Below are positions 27,206 through 39,994 of a DNA stretch of 64,000 bases, piece after piece. Every line of letters starts with the position of its first letter. The first letter of the stretch is position 1. Under the pieces are notes generated by a model. It saw only the letters and a program-made list of their open reading frames with translations. It was not told the DNA's origin and ran no database searches. Position numbers and translations under genes: made by a program. This DNA is from Geosiphon pyriformis uo1 (taxonomy: Eukaryota; Fungi; Glomeromycota). The stretch spans positions 1,253,696 to 1,317,695 of the forward strand of contig JAAOMT010000602.1 in assembly GCA_016748015.1 (NCBI GenBank), written 5' to 3'.

Positions 27206-30200
27206 TATTGTTATAATCTATGAAATTACTTTAAAGAATGGCAAAAAGCAATGAGAATGAGGAGGTTCTATGAATAGGTTAAATAATAATTTTGAATGAA
27301 AAATTGATATTGATGAATTGATGCTGAATAAAGATTAGATAGATTTAAATCTGCGAGCTAAAGAAATCAGAATCAATCATCAAACTAAGAAATCAAAATG
27401 TCAGACCTTCTTAAATGGCAAGAGTCTGAATATTTTAAATAGTTTAATTTTTTTTCAGAATTTGAGGTTTTTTTAGTTAGTTCTTATGAATTGAGAGAAT
27501 AAATTTTAGTTGAGGCTTCTGACCCATTTCAATTGTGGATATTGGTAATTCACATAAATATATAGATTTTCATTCAAAAATTTCTAAATACATAAAGATT
27601 TTAAGGTTCAAGAACCACCAAGATCTTTTTATATATTCAGAGTTAAAAGACCAATCTTATCTGTTTTTCAGGAAGTAAAGTTCAAAGAAATTTTTTCAGG
27701 GATTTATTACAGCATTTACCTCGTCTTTAGTTTTCATATTTAACTATGGAAAAGATCAATTTATCATGAAATTTTTCATTAGTTTCTAACAATTGGAGGG
27801 AAGAATATAAGATTATGTTACCTTACACCCTAACCAAAATAATTTCCAACAACATTAAAATATGAAAAGGGAATCTTTGAGAAATCTGACACACCAAAAC
27901 ACCTTTTAAAATAATATAAGAGTTTAAGAGTAAAAAGCTACAAAAAGTAGCAAATATTAGCAATAAGTGCAAAAGCTAAACATAATTAAATTACGATTAA
28001 ATATAGAGAGCCTGAAATAAACTGTTAAGTTGCAAATCTGCTTAATTCAGAGTGAATTTTAAACTATATATTCGCCTATTTATTTTAATGAAAAAGAAAG
28101 GCCAATTAGAAAAAGAGTTATAATCGACTTTTCTCTGTCAGATAAACCACAAAAATGCAGGATCCATCATGGTCTATCAAGGAAAAGTGCATATTCTCAA
28201 TTTGATAGGTTTTAAGAAATATCGCAGGCGTCGTCTTAATGTTAAGACGAAACAAGTTCGACTCTTGTGAGCATGAAAGTAACGTGTCTTCCCTGCTTCT
28301 TAAAAGCCTCACCGAATTAGCGCTTATAGTTTATTAAACAATAGTCAATTTTTGAATTATTTTCATGAATAAAAGTTTTATGATGCTTTGAAAATTTCGA
28401 AGGAGATTTAAGAATCAAATAAAGTTTATTCGATAAACTTAAAGACTCGGCTTTTTAATGTCAAAGCTATATGTAAAAAATTAGACTAGTATTAATAATT
28501 GAAAATAAGAGATCACAAATCAAAAACCTGATAATTATTATATTGAGAATAGTCTAATAAATTAAATGCATGATTAATTGCATATTCATTAATTTAAATC
28601 TTGATTGATGGTTAACTTTTAAAAAATTATACATTCCTAGTCAAAAAATAAATATACTTTATATCATCAAAAATAATCTGAATAAAGCTAGAAGTAATTA
28701 GTGGTTAGTTCACTACTGCAGTAAAAAAACCCAATTCCTAGCAATAGTTTTATAGACTAATAAAGAAATGTCCAATCAGATTTTTATATTAAAAATTTAA
28801 AGCTTTATTAGTTAATTTTTAATAATATTGAAAATAAAATATTTTCACATACTTGATACAAAACATACATTTAAAAAATTTACCTGGAAAATGATAATGA
28901 AAATATGCAAAAAAATCAGACTTAAAAGAATTTTTAAACAACTTTAATCAATTAAAATGTCAAAAAATGTGAAATCGATATAGAAATAAAAAGAATCAAA
29001 ATAAACTAAAAAAGTTTAATATTTAATAACTATTTAAACAGTATAGCATTCATTTTGAAATGCAAAATTTCTTAAAAATAAAAACTCATTTATTAATAAA
29101 TATTTAAATAAATAAATTGATAAAAAGGCATATAAAAATTAGTTTATTTTTAATATTAGTACTTAATCAAATGAAAGCTGAAGAGCCAAGCACAGAAAAA
29201 ATATTTTTATAATGTTAACAAAAAAATCACATCTTTTTTGTCATATTAATGCTCTTACTATGTTGTTTACTAAAAATTTGAAAACGAAAAATTTTTACTA
29301 GAGTCTTTTAAGTCTTTGTTTGGCTCCAGCGTTGATAAATTTGATGGTCAAATACTAGTAAAAGAAGCAATAATTTAAAATTAAATCTGAAATGTGTTGT
29401 GAAAACAAAAATATTTTTCTTGAATAGACCAAAAGATTCCAAAATTCGTAAACTTAAACATTGTTGTTAGAAAATTCCTTAACTCTCTCTGAAATCCATC
29501 TATTTATAGTTGAACTTTATACCAAAAGTATCATTGTTAAGAAATAAAAAATACCTATCATATATTTGGCTTACATGACAAAAAGTTAAATTGAATGGAA
29601 AAATTTAATCTGTAGATTTATTGAAATCGAGCTCTATAACTGGCCCGGCTCGTATAAAACATAATACTGTTTTATGATCAGATAGCTTGACCAAACAAAC
29701 AATATACTTATCAATTACTAAAGATATTTTATCAATATATTATTTAAATAAATATTAATGAATGATAAAACAGTTTTTTTCAAGATATTCTATTGCTAAT
29801 ACTGAAAATCAAAGAACATAATTACAGTTTTTGTATTTTAATTCTACAGGAACTTTTAAACAATATTCATAAATTTAAAAATTCAAAAAAGTTGATAAAT
29901 CACTTTCTCATACATTATTATTTAAAAATTAATGAATTAATGCAATCAATTTTTTACAAAAAGCTAACATCTAAATACAAAATACCAAACAAAATATTTT
30001 ATTACTTTTGGATAATATTAAATTTATACACTTGAAAAAACACATCTTTGACAAGATTATGTTTCATTTTACCCAAATATAATAACCATCAGATGCTGAT
30101 ATTATTCATTTATTTAGTTATTTAAAATTTTGAATTTAGAAATATATAAATTAATTATTCTAAAAGGTCAGCATAAAAATTGTTTGCAAATAAGAATTTC

Positions 30201-30222
30201 AATATCGCTCCTCTCCAATACC

Positions 30223-31517
30223 TTATTCCATCATATACCCAAAATATGGTCCATTTTTGAATGGAAAGAACATGCCAAAAATTTTAGAAGGTTTATTTAA
30301 TTGCCCACTTAATAAAAATTTTTGAAACTTCAAGTTACAATACTAAAAATTTTAAAATAGAGCGAGTTGAATTACTTTAAATATTTAAAGCAAGTTAAGA
30401 AAATTTAACTATACTTACTGGATTTTCGGTTCCTACACTCATATGACAATTGTAAATAATAGGATACTGTTGAGACTCAAAATGACATTCACAGAAGGGT
30501 TCACTTATCCAATACTCGGTGTTAGGATGTCGAAAAGTGTGAGCTAAAAACAATGGGACAAAGTCATCGCCAAGAGTCACACGATTGATTTCGAAACTAT
30601 TTGAAATAAAATCAACAAATTTCTCATCTCCAACTCTTGGAGCTCCAAAAGTGGTCACTGCTATTTGTGATGGCTTAATATAGAGATTATTTTGCCAAAA
30701 GTCAAATGCAGCATAGGTAGCTAAAGCTTTTAAAAATTTTTAAACACATTGGTTAATGTATATTAAGAATAGATATACAAATAACTATTACCTACCTCCA
30801 CCTTCACCGTGGCCTGTAAAAAAAAAATTATAATTTTTATAAGACTTGCCGGACACATATTTCTCAAGAAGAGCTGATATTCTGCCTTTTAACTTTCTTT
30901 CATATCTTATATAGGATGCTAGTGGTACTTTGAAATCTATCCAAAATTTAAATCCTCCACGTTTTAAAGTCTTAAAATCCCGAGATTGATCCCATTCAAA
31001 CATTCTCTCATAGGTTAATTCTCGTCCTCTAACTTGTATTACAATTGCACGTTTAGCAACATTTCTGAAGGAAATATTTTTTGAAGCTGGAGCTACCCAT
31101 GCTTAAATCGATTTCAAAAAGATTTCAGTATCAAAAGAGGTAATTTAAAAGGGTTGCAAGCAAAATAGAACTCTCTCTACCATAAATATCCTCATCTACA
31201 AACCCCGAGTCAGGAAGTAAAAAATAAGCCTGATGAGTGTAGTAAGCCATGTCTCTTAGAAATAACATCTTATTCCATTGAGGCCAAGTTACAGGACTAA
31301 CTTTTAGAGCCCTTTTGATAAAATTATTGGTTTCTAAAGTTTTTTTATTGAGTGTATTATCACCGATGATATTGGAAATATTATTGTATGTCTTGAGTAT
31401 GCCATTTGCAAAAACCTTTCTCGGGAAATTATAATTTACTTGTAATGATAATATAATAAAGAAAATAGTATTGAAAAAAGAGACATATCGCTTTAAAAAA
31501 AATATTCTGTGATTCAT
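30223..31517 (-). CDS. Secreted class-3 lipase-fold protein (paralog 2), lacking both catalytic Ser and His
   Basis: Same 4-exon structure as paralog 1, with FTGHGEGG, TTFGAPRVGD and GDDFVP. The last exon YCNLKFQ...FGMFFPFKNGPYFGYMME* has K at the His position and an earlier stop. Confidence 0.87.
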
Positions 31518-31615
31518 TTTTGAATTATTACCTCTGGGAAAAACTAAAGATGTAAATTTATGGATTTAACCAAAACCAAATATTCCCTAGCAAAACAAAA
31601 GTTGTGGACACTTTA

Positions 31616-31676
31616 AATATTCCGACTTTTAAATTAGCATGAATTCAATTTTCCGACTTTAAAACAGCATGGATCA
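31616..31676 (-). promoter_or_regulatory. Two copies of ~30-bp AGTCGGAA-containing upstream repeat (paralog 2)
   Basis: Reverse complement reads gatccatgctgttttaaagtcggaaaatt gaattcatgctaatttaaaagtcggaatatt, about 100-160 bp upstream of the ATG. The regulatory role is inferred. Confidence 0.55.
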
Positions 31677-32014
31677 CCATATCTATTTTTTGAAAAATAA
31701 GTTGACATAGATAATGATAGTAATAATAAAAAAGGATTTCCTTAATTGCCTTTTATCTAATTAAAAAAATCAAAGTTAATAGCAAATATTGTTTGTTTAT
31801 ATGATTTGCCTTTCAATCCCCATCACGTCTGTATCCTTTGCGCGCGGACAGTAGATATTTGCTTCAATAATGTGAAGTTCACGGCACGATTAACTCATTT
31901 TCGCACGCTTATTCCTTCATCTATAATATCATTATGGTCAACTTTCTATTCTATAAAAAATGCTTCATGATTTTGATTTATTATTCATAATATCCACTCG
32001 CAATGGATAATCTA

Positions 32015-33070
32015 CAGAGAGGGGCCAAAAGTTTACAAACAAGATTTTATATATTATTTTCATTATGCTAATTAAAAAAAAACAATAGATTTTTTATTAG
32101 GAATTTAATTTTTACTTGGTTCTTCTTGTGCTGCAATTACTGCTTGAATTTTAAAAGCACACTGTTAAGCAACTTCTATAATTGTTAATGTAAGAATTGT
32201 TTTCATGCTTCTTTAACATATTTATAAAGTTCTTGATAAATTTTTTATTAAAAATATTATGTTTATTTTTGTTCACAAATTCTAATTAAGATTGAGATTT
32301 AGACTGTGTCAAAAATACATATTTTGTTTATAATAAAAATAAAATTCTTTTTTTTTTCATTTCATTTTTACCAAAATATGAAAAAATATTTTACTTACAT
32401 CATTTAAAGATCAATTTACGTTTAAAATTATTCAAATATGTGAAATATTTCTCCAAAAATTTGGTTATAAACTTTAAATGAACAATTTTTACTATAATTG
32501 ACCAACAATAATATAATATTTCTATAATTTGAAGATCTTACTTATTGTTAGTTATTATATCAATTTTTGATTTAAAATAAAAGAAATTTATTTAATACGC
32601 ATTTTCAAATTTATTTTCATAATTACAAATTTTTTTCGAAACTAGGTAGGTTTAAATTATCAATTTGAAAATTTCAATTAACTAAGAATTTTTTAATTAA
32701 TTTTTTCAAATATTAATAAAAAACATCGATTGAAAATTTTTTTAAACTATAAAATATATAACAAAAACCATTTTTTCTGCCATAAAACAATTTTATATGA
32801 TTGCAAATGTTATCAAACAAATATTTTAAAAAATTATTTCATAATTGATTTGTTTATATTAATATTAAAATAAAATTAAAAATTAAAAAAAAACAACGTT
32901 TTATTTTTAAAACCCAATAAATAATTAATGAAAAAAATTCAACCACTTTAATTTGCATTATTTTCCATAAAAAAATTAGCAAGCTAATATTATAAAAAAT
33001 TTTATGAAAAAATAAAAAATGCAATAATATATATATTTTACAAATTATTTTAAAAAATACGAAAAAATTA
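32015..33070 (-). mobile_element. Degenerate Tc1 copy related to the 21088-22185 element
   Basis: TA|cagagaggggccaaaagtttacaaacaagattttat resembles the TIR and adjacent sequence. 32105-32310 aligns to the transposase C-terminus, including a decayed SPDLNPIENLW region. The right end is uncertain. Confidence 0.7.
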
Positions 33071-34780
33071 TTATGTGCCAAAATTTCCAATGTGCTTGAT
33101 TCATTTTATTATTTTGAAACTCCTCAAAAGGCTATATTTAAACTTTAATGGTTCAACTAATATGTAAATTCCAAATAAGTTTTTTTGGGTTTAGTTTTTA
33201 GGTATATAAATACTATTTTGGTGAATAAATATCATAATTTTGTAAAAGAAGCAGTGAGCGAAAATTTCACTACATGCGTTGTAAATGAAAATATGCCTAA
33301 TACAATAATCAATAGTTTGCTTTGTACAAGGTTATATTTTTTGAAGATATTAAATTGATTTAGAAACACCAATAGCTATTGGGGGTTTTAAAAATGTGCC
33401 TTTGGCATAAATAATATTGAAATTTACCAAATTTGAAGAGATATATAGTTTTTCATATGACACTTGAAAGAGTTTAAGTATTATTGGACTTCTGCTTTTA
33501 AATAATGATACTAAATTTCTTGAAATTAAATTTGGGTTTAAATTAGAATTATTACTATCAATATTTAAATGTGGAAAAATTTTATATACAATTATTTAAA
33601 AATAAAATTCTTAAGTTTCTAAAAATATGGATTATACAAATAAAAAATTATTCTTAGTATTAATTTTTAAAAATTTGACTTTTATCCTTTATTCTGTATT
33701 TCAAATTCCATAATCTTCAAATCAAAATTGTATTTTCATGCTTTGAGGATCTTTATGAAATATTTAGAACTGACTTTTTTTCCGCATATATGCTTAGAAT
33801 GGGAATTAGGGGGTTTTCTTGAATAATGTATAGCTTTCGTTCATTAATTAATTAGCATTTTATTAATTTCAATAACTATTCAGTTTATAAATAAAATTAT
33901 TTTCAAGTTAAACTTACCCAATAAATCCCGTTTTTCGAACCGCACAGAAAAGCCTCAACTCCTATAGCACCCGAATTTATTGAAATATTCATGACAATTG
34001 GGAAAAAGTCAAATTTTCTTGCCATTCCATACTTTACAGAATATATTAAGTCTCATACCACAAGCTGATCCTGTGATAGAAATTTTTAATTATTGCAGAC
34101 TGATTAGGTTTGTAAATTGAATGTCTTGCAGGGATCTAAGTCTTTCAGACAAAGATTAAAACCATCAGATTTTAGTAATTATCAAAGAATAGTTTTTGGC
34201 ATGCAGGCTTACTGTTTACCCTCGATATGAACTTGTCTCACTATTAGTCAATTTATTACACCAATCAAGAAAAATCTCACCGTTGAAAAAAAACGCTGGA
34301 AACCCAATAATTTAACCATTCAACTTTTTGGTTTGAAGCTCTTCAAGATAAATTTTAATGAGAAAAGAAGGAACATGCTAGTGTTCTAATTCTAAGCTTA
34401 GATGGAATAATTACAAGCAATCAATTTAACGAATTTGAATATTCTTAATAAATGCGTCGCTAGTCAATGCCAACAAGGTAATTTAATAAGCTTTGATAAA
34501 ATTTTTATAAATAAACTTTTCCAATAAAAAAATAACTGCATTTCGAGAATATATTCGTACTATATGACTTTTAATAAAGAGCCTAAGCTTCTTATAAATA
34601 CCCTCCATTATTTTCGAAAATAAATAGTATAAAAATTTTTAAACTTAAATATCATGATATATTTTAAAAATAAAGTACTACAAAAAGTAAAAATTGACTA
34701 CTTTTCAATTTTAGCAATCAGTTTAATAAAAAGAAAGTAAAAAAGGTCTAAAAATAGAGCAGCTATTTTCGATGAATTAT

Positions 34781-36057
34781 TCAAACTCGGTATAAATAAT
34801 TTGTATATTTGCTGCGACATTGTTTCATTCTATACCCAAAATATGGTCCATTATGTGACTCTAAGTCGGAGTCAGCTGGTTGAAAAAGCAGGTTACAATG
34901 CTAAAATTTTGAAAAAAAAATTAAAATTACCTAACATTTGTAAAGCAGATCAAAGAAATTTTATCGATACTTACAGGATATTCAGTTCCTACACTCATAT
35001 GACAATTATAAATAGTAGGATACTGTTGAGCTTTATTAGCTGAGGAATTACATTCACACATGTCAGCAGTTATCCAATATTCAGTATTCGGATGTCGAAA
35101 TGTAGGGCCCAAAAACAATGGCACAAAGTCATCGATATAAGTTATGCGATTGATTTCAAAATATTGTGAAATAGAATTAACAAATGGCTCATCTCCAATC
35201 CTTGGAGCTCCAAACGTGGTCACTTTTATTTGGGATGACCCAATTTCGTCGCGGTTATTTTCCCAAAAGTCCAATGCAGCATAGGTAGCTAAAGCTTTTA
35301 AATAATTTTACATATTGGTTTATGTATATTAAGCATAAATATACAGAAAATTATTGCCTACCTCCACCTTCACCGTGACCTGTAAAAAGAAAGCTATAAT
35401 TTTTGTAAGATTTGTTGGACATATATTTTTCAAGAAGTTCCCATATTCTGCCTTTCAATCTTTTTTCATATATTTCATAGGATTCTAAAGGTACTTTAAA
35501 ATCTTCCCAAGATCTGAGTCCCTCCCGTCTCAAAGTCTTAAAGGCCCGGGATCGATCCCATTCAACCATCCTGTTATAAGTTAATTCCCGTCCCCTGACT
35601 TGTATTATAATTGCATTTTCACCATTACCCTTAACGTAAATGTCTCTTGGGGCTGGGGATACCCAAACTATATTAAATTTAAAGAAATTTAGTTACGAAA
35701 GAAGTAATTTTGAATCGTAATAAGCAAAATAGTCCCATATCTACCATGAATATCTTCTTCCACGAAACCCGATTCATCAAGTAAACAATAGGTCTGATGA
35801 GCGTAGTAAGCCATATCAGCTAAAAATTTTAAAGTTTCTAAATCAGTTACCCGTCTAATATCAGGTGCTGTCGCAACCCTTTTAGAAAAATTGTATATTT
35901 GTTTCTTTGGTTGATTTAAATTATTGCCAATAACCAAATTAGAAATCTCATTTGGAAAATTATTTTGAGGAAAAGCAAGCTTTCCTAATACTAATATCAC
36001 GCACAAAATAATATTTAAAAAAATTTTGTATCGTAGGAATCCACTTTTGAAATCCAT
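34781..36057 (-). CDS. Secreted class-3 lipase-fold protein lacking the catalytic Ser (paralog 3, most divergent)
   Basis: 4 exons with a distinct signal/pro-region ending in SKR. Motifs FTGHGEGG, TTFGAPRIGD and IDDFVP; last exon HCNLLFQPADSDLESHNGPYFGYRMKQCRSKYTNYLYRV*. Confidence 0.88.
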
Positions 36058-39000
36058 TATTGAATTATTCAGTTGTATTATATGAGGAACTTTAAATATA
36101 TATAGAAGAGGTCATGGATATATGGTTCAAGTTTTTTAGCAAAGAAAATATTCCCTGAACCAAATCATTCTGTAGGGCACACAAATTTTGCATAAACTTT
36201 TAACCTTACACTCGTCCAGGATCGATCATTTTATCAATTGAATTCAAGTTGTGTTATGAAAATATTGGTTCGAATGTTTCAAGATTTTCAGAATCTCTAA
36301 AAAGAAATTTAGAGAATACCCAATGTAAATATTTTTCTTTTATTTAGAATGTTCACTCGTTTAATAAATATATAAAACAATCCTATTAGGTTTTGAAATT
36401 TTAAAACTTAAGCACACAAAATAATGATAAAAATGAGGTTGTACCATATTATTTGCTTCATATAACCTATATTTTTTAACTAGCTAAAATGAAAAAAGAA
36501 TATACCACCAAGTTGCTAAAGATTCAGAATATAATAGTAGATAAAAAATTCTCTGTAGTTCCTGGTTAATTATCAATTTCACAATTTCAAAACGAACGTT
36601 ACAACAGCCAAAGGCCACCTATGGTGTTCAAATAATTTAAATAGACAATTTTCAAACCTTTCTTTATCATTTTTGTCCGGACTTTCCCATAGGGAATTTT
36701 TGAAATTGACAAAAAGCTCAAGAATACATCAATTAAATCATATATATTTCGCAAATGTGAGAATTAAAATTATATAAAGTTTACTTCTCCGAATTCATAA
36801 TTATGAACTGAAAACAGCTTTCCTGTAGATGCCAAGTAAAATGAGAATTTTTTTTTGCATACTATCTATGTTAAGCGTCATAAATATTCAGCTAAAGCCT
36901 ACTACTTACTTGAAATTTTATTTAAATTGGTTCTTCCAGCACAAACCCTAGTATAATAATAAAAATTTAATCATTTTAACTTTATAATCCTTTGTAAATA
37001 TATTTACCATCTTTTCACATATATATAGAAAGTTGGACGAAGGATCCTATGATGCAATTTAGCTTTATTTCTTGCAGGTATTATAGTTTATGCAACCTAT
37101 TACTGTTTGAAATTTTACAATATAAAATAACATCCCATTTGTAAGCTTTTAAGTTTAGAAAATAAGTTTAAAAGTTTTTATGTTTGGCTCTTGTTGTAAA
37201 AGCAAACAAAATCAATTAGTATGAAATGTCTATTATTCAAACTCATTATATTAAAAATCATCATGCTTACTTAACAAATTGAATTTCTCAATTTCAGAAA
37301 AGAAATCAATTTTGATTTTTTTAATGAACCAACATATTTTAATCAAATTTAGTTCTAAATAATATTTTGTATTTCCTGCGAAACATTTGATAATTCTCTA
37401 ATGTTAAAAAGGTAAATCTTAAACTTTCAACAAAAAGTGTAATTCCTCTCAAGTAAACATATTGTTGAACTAAATAAAACTAATTAAATCAAAAATTATT
37501 ATTTTATTAAAAATTACTTTTAACTTTTTTGAAATTAATTCTGGTTTTCTCAATCGAAATGTGAATTGGCTAATTTTTCCTGCTCAAAATATTTTATGAC
37601 TAAATGGCTTAATTTTTTCATAAAATTTTCAAAAGCTTTTTCTGTAAGTGGTCCTGAATTTATTTCGTTTAAAAAATTTTTTATTTTTTTTTACCATATC
37701 CCTGGACTTACATAAGTTTCGAAATTTTGCCTTTAACTTAAAAAGGAAAATACCTATATCAAAAAGTTTTATGCATTGACGAATTTTAGCAAAAAAATTT
37801 TCAATGTGTTGTTTTTTTTAAATTCCTAAACAAATTTAATTATTTTTTAGCCGATTCAAAGAATACCACATTTTACATCAATACAACTCGAAAATCTACC
37901 ATCTATAGTCAAATGAAAAAAAAACAGGAATTTCTGATAATCTTTGATCTCACAAAATAAGCCAATTTCGTCATCATTTAACAATTTATTACCAAACAAT
38001 TAAATCATAAGTTAATGAGTTGTTGCTTTTTTTGGCTAAGGTCCTGAATCTTTACTATTGATTTTATTATACCAGCACTTTCTTATTTATGGGTCATTTT
38101 TCAAAACAAACGGATCATGCGATTCTGAATAGGAAGCCAAACATGTGTAACCAGCATTTCACAAATTAATATGGATGGCTTACCAATCAATGAAAAAACT
38201 CGTGTAACGTTTTAATCTTTTAGTTAACCTTTCCCCTAACAAAAGTGACCTAAAATATTCTCTACACAGTGATAAATAAATAAATTCACAGCCACCAGAT
38301 CTATCCATTATATACGTGAATGCGCATACGTTAATGAAATGTGATGATAAACTTTTTTATGGTAATAATTGTTAAAATGAAATTTCAACACAAAATGAGA
38401 AAAACCAGAATGAATAATTTTTTTTGAATTGATTCTTCTAAGAAAGTTCCAGGTTTCTGTTTATTGTAAATTAATCAATTTGTTATCCAGGAAGTTTTTA
38501 TAAACTACCCCTTCAATGACTCGAGAGGTTTTTTGCAATTAGCTATTTCATCTTAATGTATAATATTATTCTTTGAAGATTTGACCGAGAATTTTAGATA
38601 AAAGTAATTTTATACTTATACGTTTAAAAAAATAATGAGGGTAAGAAAACAGTACAAACTAACTAAACTAATCTCAAGAAGTCAATTAATTAATTAATAC
38701 CAAATGTTCCCTTTTTAACATTTAATTTTCACTTCACATCTGGGGTGAGGATTTGCACTAATCATTTGACGATAATGTTACATGTATTTAAATTTTTGAT
38801 TTCCTTTTCAAAAGTCCTGATTTTGAGCCCTAAAATCTAATTTTGGAATGCGAAAAAAATAAGGTAAGCCTCATTCCTAAGCAACTAAGCAGATTTTTCC
38901 ATTAATTGCGTTAGACTGATTTATTTCAAGACTCAGATGATTGGCGTTAAAGGCTCCTCCGCTGTAACAACAATTAATATTTGTGTTACATTTTCTTGCG

Positions 39001-39183
39001 TGCGCCCACCAAATACCCACACAGTACAACCCCCCGAAAAAATGCATATTTGATCCAAAGGGTTATTTGGTAGATATTTTTATATTGTTGGGTCATTTTC
39101 CCCAAAAGAAGCATCCAACCCTTTACAACTTAAAACACGAAATATCTTGGGCTCTTTCCGTTTTTTGAGAAACCTCACAAATC

Positions 39184-39994
39184 ATGCAATATCTTCAAAC
39201 TACTACCAAATTTTTACTCCAAGGTATGTAATACTGTGATTCAGAAAATCCCTTACTTCAAGGAAAGGGATCTTAGTTGCATATGTTACTTGAACTTGGG
39301 CACAAAAATTTCCAGTAATAAGGTGTAAAGATTTTTCGTACTTGCTTTCCTTTAAGAATTTAAATAGTAAAAATCTCCAGATTTGACCTTATGAAAATTT
39401 TAAAAGAAATAAATATTTAACGCATTGCATAAGTAAAGAATAAATCATATCGCTCAAAATTTTCAATTTTTTTTTTTGAAAAAAGGTGGTCGATGGGAAA
39501 TTCCTGAGGACCTTGCCTTTCATACAAAGTTATCTATACAAGAACCAACCCTCGAAAAACTATACCATGCAAATGTACCTGTTCCGTTAACAAAAGAAGA
39601 ATCATTTCCTGAAAACTGGGAACTAGAATCAATATATTCAACTTCAAGTCAGTCAACAATCAAAGATGATGAAGAAATTCCTCCAACACCTACCAGCAAT
39701 TTTCCATTTTCATCATATAACTACTTTCTGGAAACAATCTTTGAGAAAAATTCCCTAGAAAAAAATTCTCAATTATACAAAGAACCAGCCAAGACACGAG
39801 TTCGCTCGAAGTCAAAGCGAAAAAGTATACCAACTCGATCTCCTAAAAAGAGTCAAGATGGAACTGCTGTATTTGGAGCTTGCCAAGTTTACGAAATTTA
39901 TAATAGGAATCCAATGTGCTTGCTTGATTATGTTCAGTCAACTCGAAAGAATAAAATGAAACTTAGAACACAAAACAAAAAACAAAAGGTATAA
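39184..39994 (+). CDS. Hypothetical protein (acidic/Ser-Pro-rich middle, basic C-terminus)
   Basis: 172-codon open frame 39476-39994 with coding-like composition and an AG acceptor at its start. Possible first exon ATG 39184 to a GTATGT donor at ~39224; the 5' structure is uncertain. Confidence 0.5.

Larger units (their letters stand above)
29620..34250. repeat. Arm of inverted duplication carrying paralog 2 with its flanks (partner ~58045-61920)
   Basis: Reverse-complement matches: ~33720-33980 with ~58190-58760, ~33190-33415 with ~59100-59340, ~31520-31990 with ~59590-59940, and ~29780-30140 with ~61500-61890. Ends are approximate. Confidence 0.8.
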
